Positions 45,405 to 47,594 of a stretch of 47,594 nucleotides of DNA are shown here, piece by piece. Both the position numbers and the translations under genes were made by a program. Origin of the DNA: an uncultured Clostridia bacterium (GTDB lineage: Bacteria; Acidobacteriota; Blastocatellia; UBA7656). Below the pieces are notes generated by a model. The model had not been told where the DNA came from, did no database searches, and saw only the letters and a list, made by a program, of their open reading frames with translations. The stretch lies in assembly GCA_964581275.1 (NCBI GenBank), contig CAZOOE010000002.1, forward strand, positions 1 to 47,594. Reading direction: 5' to 3'. The stretch's first letter is position 1; each line of letters starts with the position of its first letter.

Positions 45405-46100
45405 CTATATCGATGTGTCCTTGCCGTTTGATCCCACTGCCGCCCGGACGTGAGCCAGGAATTCAGCCTCAGGCAGCGCTCCGACGAACTCGGTTGTCTC
45501 ATTGATCACGATCTTGGGCACGCCCCTCACAGCGTATCGGCGCGAGAGATCTGGAAACTCCATTGCTTCGATAACATCAGCCGTTACCTGTTCGCTCTCA
45601 ACCGCCATTTGGTGGGCCAACCTGGCCGCTGCCGGGCAGTAGGGTCAGGTGGGTGTCGTGAAGACCTTGATGTGCACATCCCTGGTGAGCGCGCTCAGGA
45701 ACTCTCGCGTCTCCTCCGAAAGATCGGTGCTACCAGTGGAGGCATCAACCAGATCGGCGATCAGAGCGGAGAACTCATAACCCGATGGTATGCCGAAGAA
45801 CCGCACACGGCCACGCGATGCTCCTTTGAAGATAAAGGCCGGCACACGGTCGATGCCAAGCGCCAAAGCCTCCTCTTTCGCGCTGGAGATGTCGTGCACG
45901 GTCAGCTTCAATTTCGCTGAAAGCGAAGCAACTTCCTCGAGAAGTTCCTCGGTCTGACCGCACATCTCGCAAGGCTCCCTTCCCGGAATGATGATCGGCG
46001 ATTCGCGCTCGGTGAACATAACGATCTCGACATCGCCGCTCAGGCTTTCGTCAAAGTGTGTTCGTATCGTCTCCCGGTCGTCTTCGGCTATGAGTGCCAT
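45405..46100 (-). CDS. Two-domain thioredoxin-fold protein disulfide oxidoreductase (PDO / glutaredoxin-like domain protein) with an in-frame TGA at 45645..45647 read as candidate selenocysteine
   Basis: Track ORFs 45645..46100 and 45405..45620 are in the same frame, separated only by the TGA and 8 sense codons. Read-through gives ...HIKVFTTPT-U-PYCPAAARLAHQMAVESE...VRGVPKIVIN.... The N-terminal half has the equivalent CEMC motif. An RBS (ggaggg) lies upstream of the ATG at 46100. Confidence 0.6.
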
Positions 46101-46132
46101 TGTCCCTCCAGATTAAGTTTGTAGCACAGTCT

Positions 46133-46381
46133 TCAAGCGGAGGCTTGTGACGACAGAAAACGCTGCCGTTGGACCAGTCGCCTGAGGTTACAAACTTCCC
46201 GCCTGAAGGAACTCGCATCGGTTCCTATCAAATCCTCAATCTTCTCAGCCAGCGCGAAGTCGTACCCGGTTATACCTCCGGTGGCGTGGGTCCAATTCCT
46301 CAGAAGCACCTGGTTGTTATGAATGACGATATCCGGGGTCTCGAGCAATCGCCACTCTCGCAGATCGGCCCGAAGAACCAT
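46133..46381 (-). CDS. Small hypothetical protein, probably co-transcribed with the oxidoreductase
   Basis: An 82-codon ORF with a good RBS (gggagg, 8 nt upstream of the ATG at 46381). It ends 32 nt before the oxidoreductase start. No recognisable motif. Confidence 0.35.
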   Translation of the reverse strand: MVLRADLREWRLLETPDIVIHNNQVLLRNWTHATGGITGYDFALAEKIEDLIGTDASSFRREVCNLRRLVQRQRFLSSQASA

Positions 46382-46534
46382 TGTGTTACCTCCCTCAGGC
46401 CCGAGTCAACCTCTGCGCCATACTCGCAGAAACCGGCGCGCTCGAGTTGCCCTGACATCGCTGAAACCTTTCGAACTGTCCTGCCACTCACTGGCGTAAC
46501 AGTAGTGAAAAGGTTCGGGAGGAGTTCACCAACT

Positions 46535-47278
46535 ATGAACAAAAAACTAATACGATTTTCCCTTGCGACCGCGCTGGTCGGATTTGCGCTGGCTGCTACC
46601 GCTTCCGCACAGGACTTTCAGAAAGCCTATCGGATCGGCGCAGGCGGCCAGATTCGAATCAGCAATATTTCAGGCGATGTGATCGTGACCGGCTACGACG
46701 GTGATTCGGTCGTGGTCAGGGGCATAAAGAAAGGGCGCGACCGCGACCAGATTGAGATCGAAGACCGCAGCGGCACCGCCAACGTAGATGTCGGAGTACG
46801 ATATCCAAAACACTGCAACTGCGATGCAAGCGTTCGCTTCGAAGTGCAGGTGCCTCGGTCGGTGAACTACGAGTTCGATCAGATTTCTTCAGCGAGTGGG
46901 GATGTTAAGGTGACCGGAGTGACCGGCAAGCTGCACGCTTCGGCGGTTAGCGGCGACGTTCACATTACCGACGTATCGGGATCCGTGAGCGCCTCGGCGG
47001 TGAGCGGTGACGTCAAGGTCGAAATAAACCGGCTTGATGGCTCCGACGACATGAAGTTCTCATCGGTTAGCGGCGACGTAAGCGTAATGCTCCCAAATAG
47101 CCTTGATGCGGATGTAGATATGTCGAGCTTTAGCGGTTCGATCAAGACTGACTTCGCGATCGAGGTTAAGTCGGAACGTTATGGCTCGCGGAACTCGGCT
47201 CGCGCAAAGCTTGGCGACGGGTCGCGGCGACTGAAGATGTCATCGGTGTCGGGCGACCTCAGCTTGCGGCATCCGTAG
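46535..47278 (+). CDS. DUF4097-like putative adhesin / beta-helix repeat protein, secreted
   Basis: The ATG at 46535 is preceded by gggaggag. Signal peptide MNKKLIRFSLATALVGFALAATASAQ. Repeated S(V/A)SGDV.V units occur at least 7 times. The track start at 46169 is an unsupported extension. Confidence 0.75.
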   Translation: MNKKLIRFSLATALVGFALAATASAQDFQKAYRIGAGGQIRISNISGDVIVTGYDGDSVVVRGIKKGRDRDQIEIEDRSGTANVDVGVRYPKHCNCDASVRFEVQVPRSVNYEFDQISSASGDVKVTGVTGKLHASAVSGDVHITDVSGSVSASAVSGDVKVEINRLDGSDDMKFSSVSGDVSVMLPNSLDADVDMSSFSGSIKTDFAIEVKSERYGSRNSARAKLGDGSRRLKMSSVSGDLSLRHP

Positions 47279-47314
47279 AGTAAGGATCAATCGCGAGAGT
47301 CAGAGCAATCGCGC

Positions 47315-47382
47315 AAAGACGCCAAGGCGCGCAAAGATCGCCAAGTTCTCTTAGCGATCCTTTGCCCGCCTTGGCGTCTTTT
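47315..47382 (+). terminator. Long hairpin after the DUF4097 gene, probable terminator
   Basis: A perfect 15-bp outer stem (aaagacgccaaggcg / cgccttggcgtcttt) encloses a second imperfect stem (gcaaagatcgc / gcgatcctttgc). It ends in tttt. Confidence 0.55.
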
Positions 47383-47397
47383 CGCGGACCCTCCTGG

Positions 47398-47594
47398 ATG
47401 GCTTTCCGCAACATCCTGTTGATGGGCTTCCTGGCGCCGGTTCTGATCGCCGCGTATCTGCCGTTACGCGTCAGGATTCCCCGCTTCGTGGCCCGAACGG
47501 TCCCAACATGGACGGTCCCACTGGTGTTGGCAGGCGGGCTGATTGCAGGCTTCGCCGGCGGGAGGTTCTTCCAACTTCGCGCGGCCGATTGGAC
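47398..47594 (+). CDS. 5' end of a membrane protein gene running off the window
   Basis: The frame is open from the ATG at 47398 to the window end. It encodes hydrophobic segments (MAFRNILLMGFLAPVLIAAYLP..., TVPLVLAGGLIAGFAGG). There is no clear RBS. Confidence 0.3.
   Translation, partial: MAFRNILLMGFLAPVLIAAYLPLRVRIPRFVARTVPTWTVPLVLAGGLIAGFAGGRFFQLRAADW

Overview
A 47.6 kb GC-rich bacterial chromosomal segment that is densely coding on both strands. I found no rRNA, tRNA, CRISPR array, transposase or integrase. The gene content points to Acidobacteriota (inference only): a PadR regulator paired with an ADOP-type duplicated orphan FtsX/MacB permease, a TonB-dependent receptor with a carboxypeptidase-regulatory-like N-terminus, a CRTAC1/ASPIC-UnbV FG-GAP protein, and many secreted peptidases and beta-propellers. 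Recognisable genes are an RluD-like pseudouridine synthase, a LysR regulator, a putative amino-sugar/peptidoglycan salvage cluster (BadF-type sugar kinase, Na+/solute symporter, beta-lactamase-like/DUF1343 NamZ-like fusion), RecG, a stand-alone Clp D2-type AAA+ ATPase, an HD-GYP/GAF/degenerate-GGDEF membrane sensor, S8, S9 and M64 peptidases, a phosphotriesterase-like hydrolase coupled to an acyl-CoA ligase, two SDRs, an ACAD10/11-like acyl-CoA dehydrogenase and an O-methyltransferase. The most interesting signal is a two-domain thioredoxin-fold protein disulfide oxidoreductase (45405..46100, minus). The ORF track splits it at a single in-frame TGA that sits exactly where the first Cys of the second CxxC motif should be (T-[TGA]-P-Y-C-P), making it a candidate selenoprotein. 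Other notable items are a hairpin-forming in-frame insertion inside the rluD-like gene, a frameshift plus stop lesion splitting the beta-lactamase/NamZ fusion, a secreted protein with protein-kinase-like catalytic motifs, and an S8 protease ending in nine G-I-T-L-S-E hexapeptide repeats conserved at peptide but not codon level. All product calls rest on motif recognition by eye; no database search was run.
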